Origin: a virus
Lineage: Duplodnaviria > Caudoviricetes
Strand: one strand, 5' to 3'
DNA length: 24,057 nt
IMG/VR virus record: IMGVR_UViG_3300032073_000244
Span: 1-24,057 of that record
Positions 9,501 to 22,000 of the stretch are shown piece by piece. A program made the position numbers and the translations under genes. Every line of letters begins with the position of its first letter. The first letter of the stretch is position 1. The notes beneath the pieces are model-generated. The model saw only the letters and a list, made by a program, of their open reading frames with translations, made no database searches and was not told the origin of the DNA.

Positions 9501-10096
9501 CTGATAAGGTTGTACAGCCAACTTTACCAACAGCAGAAAGTTTAAGAACTTCGTTTAGTACTATTGAAGATTCTAAAAGTATTTCAGATACATTAATATA
9601 TCATTCAGCAAAATTTAAACCATTGTTTGGCAATAAAGCAGACACTAGTTTACAAGCATCATTTAAGATTGTAAAAAATACAGGGTCAGGTATTAGTGAC
9701 AGTGAAGTAAAGTCAGCGTTAATAGAAGCTATTAATCAATACTTTTCTATTGCTAATTGGGACTTTGGTGATACTTTTTACTTTTCAGAATTAAGTGCTT
9801 TCTTACATAATAGATTAGCTACAAGAATTAATTCAGTAGTTATTGTTCCTAAGAGTACAGCACAAGTATTTGGTAGCTTATTCCAAATCCGCAGTAACTA
9901 TGATGAAATATTAATTAGTGGTGCTACTGTTGATGATGTAGAAATTATTGACAGCATAACAGCAAGTAAAATACAAGCAGGTGGTACAATATCAAGTTTA
10001 AATACTACTGTTGACACTACCTCACAGGCGGCAAGTTCAACAAGCTCATCGAGCTCGTCGTCATCATCTAGCTCTAGCGGAGGCTACGGATACTAA
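6530..10096 (+). CDS. gp6: Baseplate wedge subunit gp6 (baseplate J-like), 1188 aa
   Basis: DFETLR..MISYLR..FPEDFNDF..SS...LIDLIA...ENFLETAQRRDSILRLA..LSYQPKR; FGDGVF..IP; ESLSRIKSLAP..Y.TQNRMINGEDY. GTG start with SD GGGAG at 6516-6520. Confidence 0.93.
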   Translation: MATSTRQTNLFVSENWQKVYQTFKSADFQSYDFETLRTTMISYLRKQFPEDFNDFTESSEYIALIDLIAFFGQSLAYRQDLNARENFLETAQRRDSILRLANLLSYQPKRNTPASGLLKITSISTTEEIYDSNNNNLSERTIFWNDPVNSDYEEQYNTIVNAALASAQRVGKPALEKTLGNIKTQQYELNLIPGTQPYLPFNATVNSGEFTFELVNGTISGQDYIYEKAPVPGSTYNLLYRTDGKGNASTNTGFFAYFKQGELGQTDFELTSGLPNLTFDLDFDNINNTDVWLYAINNDGSLGNEWTKVPAVNGSNVIYNSLSQSNRKLYSVESKVNDQIKLVFGDGVFADIPKGRFRCYYRQSAGTTYALKSNDIRDVQLSFNYVSRNNQQETMTLSLSLEQGVNTASRNESLSRIKSLAPQAYYTQNRMINGEDYNIYPLTRFTSIIKSKAVNRASSGISRFLDVKDNTGKFSSTNIFSDDGVFYKEYTNKKDTFSFTNDNEIINTIKTVLEPNIASKEMYHFYLDKFAPKNFTTTAKWVQVSATATTCTGYFINENNEVLQISNTTNLNQYLSLNSMIKFLPTTGYHFMKNGSMMLGTDTTHLGSSSDIWSSIMLIDNDGIGTKGEGFKATGVGAVTLNEVVPTGATVEKAFPKWVSDLPVALETTIKNDIKEYKDFGLRYDYNTATWHIITSDNLAIDKEYNDSNTGSSTGAKLDASWMIQFTTNGETYTMRSRQLDYYFASREETRFYFDKSVKIYDSVTGSTIKDRCTVLKINNKPDNHTALERDYALDITDMVTEVDGYKDNTKVKVTFGDADNDSVTDNPEMFSKIVGTDDATGSAKDRKLVFFKRFFDYDNIERYQPIVDSTINHEYKTLKEVSAVINLFNEGQVFYLVSENKFVELIRDNTNTLITTSPVSPGTEINSGNVLPAVKNAYKVFVGRNDLKFQYKHNAPNNRRIDPSPSNIIDMYILTQAYSDAYREWILDSTDKVVQPTLPTAESLRTSFSTIEDSKSISDTLIYHSAKFKPLFGNKADTSLQASFKIVKNTGSGISDSEVKSALIEAINQYFSIANWDFGDTFYFSELSAFLHNRLATRINSVVIVPKSTAQVFGSLFQIRSNYDEILISGATVDDVEIIDSITASKIQAGGTISSLNTTVDTTSQAASSTSSSSSSSSSSSSGGYGY

Positions 10097-13000
10097 TGGC
10101 AAAAAGAAAGTCAAGTTCATTTCTACCTAAAGCATATCAAACAGAACGTAACAAAAAGTTCTTAAGTGCTACACTAGACCAATTACTTAATAGTTCTAAT
10201 CTAACAAAAGTTGATGGGTTCATAGGTCGTAGGCACTCTCCAAGTTTTAAAAGTAAAGACAATTATCTACCATCAACTGGTTATAGAAAAAGTTATAACT
10301 TAGAACCTGCTATTGTAACTAAAAAAGATTCTACAATTACTAGTAACAACACAGTTCAAAGTTTAGTAGGCTATGATGATTTATTACACAAACTACAAGA
10401 CGATGGTGTTGATATTACTGATCATAACAAATTATTTTCTCAAGAGTTTTACAACTGGGCAGGTTTTGTAAACTTTGATCCTCTTGTAAACTACGGAAGT
10501 TATTATTGGCTTAAAGATGGTCCAGCTTCAGTATCTGTATCAGGTGGAGACGTAAAACAGTCAGGAACTTACAACTTTACATTCGATTCTGATAAAGAAG
10601 AATATTCAATAACAGAGCTTGAAGGCAGAAACCCTACACTATATTTGGCACGTGGCGGTAGCTATGAGTTTGATACAAATCACTTAGATGAGTTTTATAT
10701 ACAAACAGAGCCTGGAGAAATTAGTGGCCAACAAAGAATTACAACTAGTAAAAGTTCTAGAGAAATTTATGGCGTCACAAATAATGGTGGCAGAGCAAAC
10801 TTAGGAGGTGAAGTTCCATCATCTAATGTTACGTTTACTGTTCCGGCTTTAGATGCTCAAGCATTTTACGAAAACAATCTTAAACTATTACCAGACGTTA
10901 ATCTTGTAACAAACATTCCTTATAAAGATGTACAAGGACGTAGACTTGCTGATTTAATTGATCAACACAATGGTATTGATGATCAAAGAGTTCTAATAGG
11001 AAAGACTGTTATATTTTTACAAAACGACGACGATGTAATAGACAACGACAACTGGACATTCAAAGCCGATTATAGCAAACACCCATTTGATAGATTGGCG
11101 TTTGCCCAAGAAGATGGTACAGTTAAACAAGAAGATAGAATAGGTATTTGGAAAATATCAGAAGTGGACGGTATACTTGTTCTTAATAAAATTAATGCTG
11201 TAACATATGATGATAGAGTCAATGTAGTAGAAGGAACAAAATTTGCAGGTAGAACTTTTTATAGAGCTCAAGAAACAGGCTACGTTACTATTGTTCCTGT
11301 AATAACAGCAAACAAAGATACATTATACTATCAACACGGAACTAATGAAAAAGCATACGGAACAATTAAGATAGTTGACGCTGACGCTGAAACAATTGAA
11401 CCAGATGACTTTTTAGGTAAATCACAATACACATCACCAAACGGTGTAGTGTTTAGTAATGGATTAAAAATAACTTTTGATAGTACTATTAACAATACTC
11501 TTTATAAAAATAAAACATTCTATGTTGAGGGTGTAGGAAAGAAAATTCACTTAGTCGATGTTACACTAGAAACACCAGAAGCTGATCTTACTAACAAAGA
11601 CTATATTACTATAACAAGAGGCTCATGTGATCATAATGCTTGGAGCAGATCGAATAGGTGGTTCCATAAAGATATTATTTCATCAACAGCAACATATAAT
11701 AAGACAACGATTGTTGTAGACGAGCTTAATAGAGCTACTAGGCCTATTATACAATTTGACTCAGGAATAGAATTATACAATCACGGTATTAAAGGTGTAT
11801 CAGGAGTTGAATTAGTAGACGAATCAGAAACTGATGCACTATCAGTTATTAATGGGGCTTACGGTTATTTTGTTGACAGCACAAATTTATCAGTAGGTAC
11901 TAAAGTAGTCTTTACACAAGATGCTGATATGCAAACTAGAAAAACTATTTGGGAAGTCAGCTATGAAGATATTGATTCAGATTCAACAGCAGATACGCTA
12001 GTATTAAAAGACTCAGGAACTAGAGTTTATACAGGTGATAGCATTTATATTTCTAAAGGAACATTAGGCAAAGGAAAAAGTTTTTGGTGGGATGGAGTAA
12101 ACTGGATTTCAGCACAACAGAAAACAAAAGTAAACCAGTCACCTAATTATAAACTATTTGACAGTAAGGGTATTAGCTTTAATACTGAGTCAACATATCC
12201 ATCAAGTGACTTCTTAGGAAACAAATTATTTAACTACTCAGTAGGTTCAGGAAAAGATGATCCTGTATTAGGGTTCCCAATAAAATATAGAACATTTAAT
12301 AACATTGGTGATATTCAATTTGATAACACTTACGGAAATGGAACGTTTAACTTTAAACAAGAAACAGGTGTTGGTGCTAGAGATACAGCAACTGGCTTTG
12401 TTAGAATATATGACCCGTATGATAAAACAGTTTCATACAGCAACGGATGGACTAAAGGTATTAGCAAAAGTAGACAATTTCAACAAGTTGAATATACTGT
12501 TAAAGACCCTAATACTAAAAACTATGACATCGGTGCACCTGTTAATGCTTCTACAAATGCTTTACCTAATGTTTTTGTATACATCAATAATAAAAGAACA
12601 ACAAACTTTACTATTGAAGTAGTAAATGATTTAAACGTTTGTCAAATAAACGATACGTTAGCAGTAAGTGATAGTCTTGTTATTAAATTCATTGGTGATA
12701 CAGTTAGCAAAAAAGCATTTTTTACTATTCCTAAAAACTTAGAAAGTAACGGCTACAACGACAAGTTTAATGATATTACTTTAGGACAATTACAAAATCA
12801 TATTTCAGCATTAATAGAAACTAACAAATACTTTATAGGTTCGTTACAAGGAAGTAACAACCTAAGAGACTTAGAAAATTATAAGAAAACAGAAGGCTTG
12901 ATTTTACAACATAGTTCACCTTTGATTTTACCTATGCTATTAAATCAATATGGCGAGTTAAATTTTGTCGAAGCATTGAAATATAGCAACATTGAATACG

Positions 13001-16000
13001 AAAAGTTTAAATCAAAATTCGTAAGTGCTTTAGAAACAATGGACGGACTGGACTTAACAAACATAAGTGAAACTGTTGATAAAATTATGGTCAACTTAAA
13101 TTCTAATAAAAGTTCAACGTTTCCTTTTTATACATCGGACATGGTTCCGTACGGTGCTGATGCTACAGAAACTCTCTATACTGTAACAGACGATAGAGAT
13201 AAAACATACGAATTATTAGCAGTACATAATAACACTATTTCTAGTAATAGAGCAGTTCTAATTTACTTAAACAATGTACAATTATATTATGGAAGCGAAT
13301 ATACATTCGAAACTAATAGTTCAAATGTTAAAATTATTAAAAGTTTATCAATAGGCGACATAATAAAAATAGTAGACTATTCTAATACACTAGGAAATTA
13401 TGTTCCTGCTACTCCAACTAAACTAGGATTGTATCCAAAATTTAAACCAGAATTAGTTAGTGACGACACTTATGCCGAAACCCAAAATGTTATTGTAGGG
13501 CACGATGGCAGTAGAACTATAGCATATGGTGATACAAGAGATGCTGTTATATTAGAATTAGAAAAAAGAATTTACAATAACTGTAAAACAGCATACGAAG
13601 AAAATGTATTTGATATTAAAACACATTTACCTAGTCGCTGGAGAACAACAGACTTTACAGTAGCTGAAGTAAATCAAATATTAGAAGATGAATTTCTAAG
13701 ATGGTGTACTAGACATAGAATTCCTTACACAGAAAATACAACGTTCAATGCTAACAATTCTTTTACATGGAATTATAAAAACTTTACAGATAAAATATCA
13801 AAAACTTTATTACCACAAGGTGGCTGGAAGGGATTATACCTACACTACTTTGATACATATAGTCCTCATACTAGAGCTTGGGAGATGTTTGGTTGGTCAG
13901 AAAAACCAAGTTGGTGGGAAACACGTTATGGTGTAGCACCATACACATCAGGCAATGAAGTATTATGGAACGATGTAGAAAACGGAAACAGATATACTAG
14001 TGTTACAGAATATACAGTAGATCCAAAGTATGCTAGAGTTAATATTTTCTCAATGATGCCTGTTAATGAACACGGTGAAATTAAACCACCAATTGATGTT
14101 ATCTCAGGAAACTCAGAAGATTTATCACCAAGTCATCCTTGGGTATTTGGCGACGGTAGTCCTGCTGAAATGGCATGGCGTAACTCTAGCAGTTATGCTT
14201 TTAGTTTACAACATCTATTAAGTTTAATTAGACCATCAGAATATTTTAGCCAATTATTTAATAAAAGTCAAATGGTTAGAAATACTTTAATTGACCAAAT
14301 TGTGATGTTATCAACTAACCAAAGGCAACAACCTAAAGATCTAAAAGTTGATATGTCAACAGACAGACACGAAGGTTGTGGTAATTTTGTTTCTGAATAC
14401 CTACGTTGGCAAAACATTAATGTTACTACAAATTTACAAAATATTTTAAAAACATTAGACATTAAACTTGTACACAAACTTCAAGGATACACAGATAAAA
14501 AACTTATTAAAGTTTTAGCTGAACAAGTGTCGCCTACTAGTACAAGTAATTCAGTTTATATTCCTGACGAAGATTATGACATCCATCTTCATAAAACAGG
14601 CCCAATTAAATCAATACCTTATAGTGGTGTTATTGTACAACTTAATCCATCAGGGTATACTGTATACGGGTATGACTTAAACAATCCAAAATTTAAAACA
14701 TACGTTCCAATTAAAAACGGTAACTTTAGAATACATGACGTTGACCAAGATCGTGTAACTGAATACGAAGAATACGACGAATCAAAGGTTGTAGAAATAC
14801 CATACGGATATACATTTACCACTAAACAAGATGTTGCTGACTTCTTTTTTGCTTATCAACATTGGCTTAAAAAACAAGGTTATGATTTTGATAATAGAAT
14901 GGAAGACTTTGGTACACAAAAAATTGTAGCAAACTGGTTAATGAGTGTTAAAGAATTTTTACATTGGTCTAAACAAGGTTGGCTCCAAGGGTCAGTTATT
15001 ACTATAAGTCCAAGTGCTAATAGAATTAGATGCTTAACAACTACAGGTGTTGCTGATGCTTTATCAAACAGTCAAGCGAGAACAAATGTATTAAACCAAA
15101 ATTATGAGCCTATGAGACCAGGCACATATAAAATGAGCAGACAAGATAACGAATTTGAATTGTATCCTAATAGTGATAATGGCGGAATTTATTTTGTTAA
15201 TACAAAAATAGTTGAATACGAACACGCTTTAGTTTTTAATAACATAACACGATTTAATGATATTGTTTACCAACCTAGCTTAGGTAACAGACAATTTAGA
15301 GTTAGACTTGTTGGATTTAAAACAGGTGGATGGGACGGAAGTTTAACAGCAGAAGGGTTTATCTATAACGACGGCGATGTTCCTAGTTGGTCAGCAAACA
15401 AAGATTATGTACGTGGCGACATTGTTACATACAAAGGTTCGTACTATACATCAATGTCAAATCATACAAGTGGAAATCTTTTCGTATACGAAAACTGGAC
15501 ACAAACAGATTCATTTAAAATAGGACTACTTCCTAACTTTGATACGTTAGGTAAAAACTTTGAAAGCTTCTATGATGTTAATGCTGTTAACTTAGAAAGT
15601 GAAACAGACAAATACGGTAAAGGATCAATCGGATATCAGAACAGAGGCTACTTTAATAAAATAGGACTTGATGATGTTTCACAGGTTAAATTTTATCAAG
15701 GTATGTTACAAGAAAAAGGTACAAAAAATGCTGTTGATAAACTTGTTAGAAGTAAGTTTGATCAAATCAGTAGTGACATTTCATTCTATGAAGAATGGGC
15801 TATTAGACAAGCTGAATACGGTGCTGTTGATGTTAACTCTAGAGTTGAAATAAAACTAGACGAAGAAGGATTTAAAGATAATCCACAAATAGTAAAAACA
15901 GTTAATAGTACTCAAGCAAAAACTTCAATAGATAGTAAAACTGAATTTACTACTAGTGAATTATTTAAAGCACCAAGTGATTTAACATACGACTGGGTTC

Positions 16001-19000
16001 CTGTAAGAAAAAGTTTTGTAGCAGGACATAACGAAAAAACTTTTTACGACAACCTTTATCCAAATGCTGGTTATCCTAAATTAACAGATGCTGATGCTAC
16101 ATTATACTATGGCGACGATGCGGCGACACTTTCATCATTAGTTAAAGATATGAAAGTGGGTTATACATTATGGGTAGCTGAAGATGTAGACAACTCTTGG
16201 GATATGAAATACTTAGATTCTTATGGTGACCGAGTTACAGGTTGTGATGGTGGCCAAGACGGAAGTACATATACTTGGACAACTAGTGATACACATTCGC
16301 TACAAGTCGGAGATATAGTAGCAATTAAAAATTACAGTACTAAACGTGATGGTGTATATGTTGTAAAAACAGTACCAAATGTAAACTCGTTTACTACTGA
16401 AGGCACTAAAGAAGTATCAACAGAGGAAGGCGATGCATCAGTATTAAAATTTATTAGTATTAGATACAAGAGTACAGAAAGTGTTAGTAAGCCTAAACTA
16501 GGTTGGAGATTAAATGACAAGTTCTACGTTGACGAAGACGAGGATAAAAGATGGTATGTGGTTAAACGAAATGAATCATATGCTCAACAACAACTACTAG
16601 CACCGTTGTCTCCTATACAAGGAGAAAGATATGGTGAAGCTATGTGTTCAGAGTATAATGGGCAATGGCTAGTAATAGGTCAACCACAGCTTAACAAGTT
16701 TCATATATACACACCACAGCCAACTGACTTAGTACAGTTTGGAGTAATACAAAGTACAGCATCAAACATAAGTGAATTAGGGAAAAGTGTATCTACAGGA
16801 ATTTACGAACCTAGAAGCACAGGACAATTAAAATACGAAGAGTGGGCCGATACTAGTAGATGGGTAGCCGTTGGAGCACCTAATACTAACAGTGGCAAAG
16901 GTGCTGTTTTATTTTATTATAGAGATACAAAAAGCGGTAGCTTCTTAGCAGGAACATTAGACCAGCCAACAGGATTATCAGCCTCAGCTAAATTTGGTAC
17001 TAAAGTTAAAATGAGTGCTAACGGTCAATGGTGTTTAGTTTCAGCACCAGGCGACAAAAAAGTATTTGTTTACCATAGAGCTTTGGGAACAGGATCAGAA
17101 ACATTACAGCAACCTTTTACAGGTGACGGAAGTACAACATCATTTATATTAGATTTATCATACCACAATATTAATAAAGCAGAAGAATTATATGTTAGAG
17201 TACAAGGGCAAGACCAGGTTGCTAACAGAGATTATTCATATAATAGTACAACAAGAATTATTACATTTACTACAGCACCAGCAGTAGGAAAAGCAATTAG
17301 TGTTAGTGACGTTCATGGCTGGGTAATGAATGATACTATTATTGGAACTATAGATGGCTTTGGTAATTCACTAGACATCGATGCTTGTGGAAGATACGTT
17401 GTAATTGGTAACCCAAATCAAAGTACGGTAGGAGCAGATTCAACTACAAGAATGGGAAGTGTTGAAGTATACTCAAGGCACTACGAGTCATTCACAGCAG
17501 ACGGCACATCAAAAGACTTCCAATTAACAACAGGTGATATTGGAATGGTAAACAATAATGTATACCTAAACGGATCACTGTTGGAAAGAGAAAACAGCGA
17601 TAGTACAATTAACTATGCTAAAGTTGACGGTACTTCTACAATATCATTTACTACAGCACCAGCTAAAGGTGATGAGATAACAGTATGGACAGATAACTTT
17701 TTACCATTACATAGCTTGGCGCCTAACTGGCCACAAGTTGACGGAAACTTTGGCTCAAGTGCTATTAGAATAGACGAAGAGGCTAGTACAATTTTTGTAG
17801 GTATGCCAGAACGTGAAGGACTTAACGAAAACTCAGGTATAATAGAAATATTTGAACGTACAGAAAAATGGGAAAATAATGTAAACTACCTTACAAGAAC
17901 AATAGGGTCTTATACAACTGGTCAGTCAATGTACATAAATGGTTACAGAGTTACAGCAACAGGTACTGACTTAGGCGAAATTATAAAAGATATTAACGAT
18001 ACAAATATTCCAGGTGTTACAGCAACTGGTGCCGGTACTGTTCTAACAATTACATCTTCTAATCCTCGTAAAGGAAGTATTCATGTAACAGGAGATCAGT
18101 CTGGTAGCTTACACAAAGATTTAAATTTACACGCTTTCTCAGGTTCTAAAAAATTAGAATTAACTAAAAACGCTTCTAATTTTAAATTTGGTGAAGTTAT
18201 TGAAATTAGTAGAGAAGGCAAACAAGTAATAGTTGGATGTCCAACAGGATCTACAACTATACAAACTCATTACGATAATAAGAAAACACAGCTGGATGGA
18301 AATTCTACAAGATTTACTTCTGAAAGAACATTCACAGGTAGCGTTCATGTATTCCAAAAACTAGCATCAGGTTATGTTGAAGCAGACAGTTTATATACAA
18401 GTAGCTTAGATGTTAATGATCAATTTGGTTATGCTATAGCTGTTAGTAAAAATAGTTTGTTTATAGGATCTCCATCAGATGATCATTCATCTGGTACAGT
18501 TGATACTGGTAAAGTAATTCATTATAGTAAAAAAGGAGACTTGTTTACTATTGATGAGAAAGAACAAACATTAGTAGATCCTGATAGAATTAATAAAGTA
18601 TTCCTATACAATAGTGCTACAAATAAAATAATAACTTACTTAGATTACATTGATCCTATTAAAGGAAAAATTATAGGCGAAGCTGAACAAGAAATAGATT
18701 TTAAAACATCATTTGATCCTGCTATCTACAACTATACAGATGGAACTATAAATGTTAATAACGGCAGTAATCATTGGCAACCTACAAGAGTAGGACAAAT
18801 TTGGTGGGATTTAAGTAAAGTTAAATTTATACAATACGAACAAGGCAATGACGATTATAAAAGCACGTTCTGGGGAGGAGTATTTCCAGGAAGTGCTATA
18901 CAAATTTGTCAATGGGTTGAATCTTCTGTTAAGCCTAGCGAGTTTACAGGCGGAACAGCAAAGTATGGCGACAATGCTTATGTTGAAATACAAAGTATAA

Positions 19001-22000
19001 ATGACGTTACAAAACAGCTTCAAACAAAATATTATTTCTGGGCTACTGAGATTCCTCAAGCTCACAGTAGTAAGAATTTAAGTATAACTGAAATTTACAA
19101 TTTAATTGTAGACCCTATTACAAACAAAAAATCATTTGCTATGTTTATGGGTAAAGATTCAGTTGGTTTAGCAAACTGTGGTCAATATTTAGAAGCAGAC
19201 AATGTTGTATTAGCTGTTGACTACGATAAAAAACCAAACGATAAATCATTACACACAGAATGGTCATTAGTACAAGAAAGCAATCCTAAGAGTGCTATAC
19301 CAAATGAACTATTTGAAAAAATTAAAGACAGTTTAGCTGGTGCTGACTCACAAGGTAATAAAGTTCCAGATATTAAATTAAGTGCTGGCGATAGATACGG
19401 TATTAAAATTAGACCAAGACAAAGTGTATTCATGAATAGATATCTTGCTATGAAAGAATATACAAACTATGTTAATACTGTTATTAAAAAATATAACATA
19501 TCAGACAACTTAGACTTTACATTATTAAACAGCGAAGAACCGTTACCAGAAACAACATCAGGATTGTATAATGAAAAAGTTTTAACATTTACTGAATTAG
19601 GTTATGTTAGACAAGCATTACATGATCCAGGCTACAAAGTATTAGTTGAAACAGACTCGGAAATTAATGGCCGCTGGAGTATTCATACTTTACAAGGAGA
19701 TAGAACTTGGTTAAGAACTAGGTCACAAAGTTACGATACTAAAAAATATTGGAAACTTATAGACTGGTATGACACAGGCTATTCAGTTGATACAAATATT
19801 GATTATAGATTTAGTAACTTTAATGACGTCTATAAAACAGATATGCCTGAGGATAGTATTATTAAAATTACAACAGGATCAGATTGGACTTTATACTGTA
19901 AGAAAAACAACGACTATACCCTTGTAGGACAAAAAGGCGGAACTATGGAATTTATAACTTCTGTATATGATTACATTAGTTCTAACTTAGGTTATGACTC
20001 CGATGGTTACGATTTTAATTTGCTTGACCTAGAGCCTCAAATTGAAACAAGAAACATTGTTGAAACAGTTAAGAAACAAATACTAGTTGGTCCTTTAGAA
20101 GACGAACATAATAAATTAATGTTTGTTTTATTAAGATTTGCTTTACAAGAACAACCATATGTTGATTGGATTTTCAAAACTAGTTTTGTAAATGTTAAAC
20201 ATAAATTAAGAGCGTTGGATCAATTTCCAACGTATCAAAGAGACAACCAAGAATTTGTTAAAGAATATATTAATGAAGTTAAACCTTATCATACTAACAT
20301 TAGAGAATATGTATTAGGTTATAATAAATTAGAAACTTATCAAGGCGACGCAACTGACTTTGATTTGCCAAGTAGCTACGATAAAAATACTAAAACATTT
20401 AGATCACCAAACAAAGAACAAAGCCACGATATTACAGATATTAATAATAAAGACCAATTTAAGATGTGGAGAGAAAATCACAGTTATTATATCGATGACT
20501 TGGCTATTAGTATATACGGTTTTGGATATCAAACACCACCAAATATTATTATTGAACCACCTAAAAACCAAGATGGTACTTTAGTTACAGATGGTGTAAC
20601 AGCAACGGCAACTTGTACTATTATTGACAGTTATGTTAATACTATAACTATGACTAACAAAGGAAGCGGGTACTTAAGAGCACCTGTGATAACAGTAGAT
20701 GGTGGTAGTCCAACGTTAACAGCTATACTTCATGCTAAAATGAAGAATGAGCAAACTAGAAAAATTAAAGAAACTATTAAATTTGACAGAATTAGATATA
20801 GCTCATCAGTTAAAGAATGGAAAGCTACTACTGAATATACTACATCAGATATAGTTCAACACAACGGCGAAGCATATACTGTAAATGAAAACTTTACATC
20901 AGGCACAATATTTGATAGTACTAAACTAACAATTAAAGAAGATGCTACATTTGATAATGCTATGGATAGAACTATGGCATACTATATTCCAAAAGCAGGA
21001 CAAGACGGAAAAGACTTAGGACAAATATTTAAAGGTATAACTTACCCAGGAACTAAAGTTGAAGGTCCATTGTTTACAGCAAACCCAGGCTTGGACAAAG
21101 GTGGATTTGATTCTCAAGATTTTGATAACTTTGAAGTAGACAAAGATGGAAGATTTGTATTAAGTGATAAAAATATTGATTTAGATTTACAAAGTAAGTT
21201 TAATGATACACAACTAGGCTTGAGACCAGAAGACATTAGTGTTGACGGTAGTAGCAAATTTGTTGATGCTTATAGTTCACACGCTCCAGAAGAGTTTGTA
21301 CCAGGTAGAGTTTTTGATACACTAAACATTAACGTATTCACAGCACCAAGCAGAGACGCTGATGGTGACGGTGCCTTAGGTATGCCTATAAGTGTTATTA
21401 ACTATAAAGGTAACGGAACAAATAGAATATTTAAATTTGGTAATGTATCTGAAACTGGATTGAGTCCAGATATATTCCATTCATCTGTACAAAAACTTTT
21501 TGTATATTCTAAAACATCAGGTAGAGTACCAGCAAGTAAATATAATGTACGTTGGTCAGATGGGGTTATTAGATTTAACACAGCACCAGCTAATAACGAA
21601 ATTATTTCTATAACAGCTTTTGGTGTTACAGGTGACAAACTATTATTAGATTATGAATATAGAGCAAGTGGCGGTGAAACAAAAGTAGTATTACCTGTTG
21701 CTTTTAGCCTTGTAGAAAATAATCAAACGTTTATTTTAGCAAATGGAGTTCATGCTACAGCAGGTACATTAAGTACTGACGATGGCGGTGAGTCAACAGT
21801 ATGGACGCCGGCAGTATCGGCATTAAGTGCTGATGACCTTATCCACTTCCATGTATTTGATGTTCCAACAAGTTCTTCAAGAACATTTAGTAAAGTTACT
21901 GTTGATGAGTTTACTGTTAACGACAGTACAAGAACATTTACATTAACAGAAGGATCAGATACCGACTTAGCAAGAGTAGATAAAATTATTGTTGAACTTA

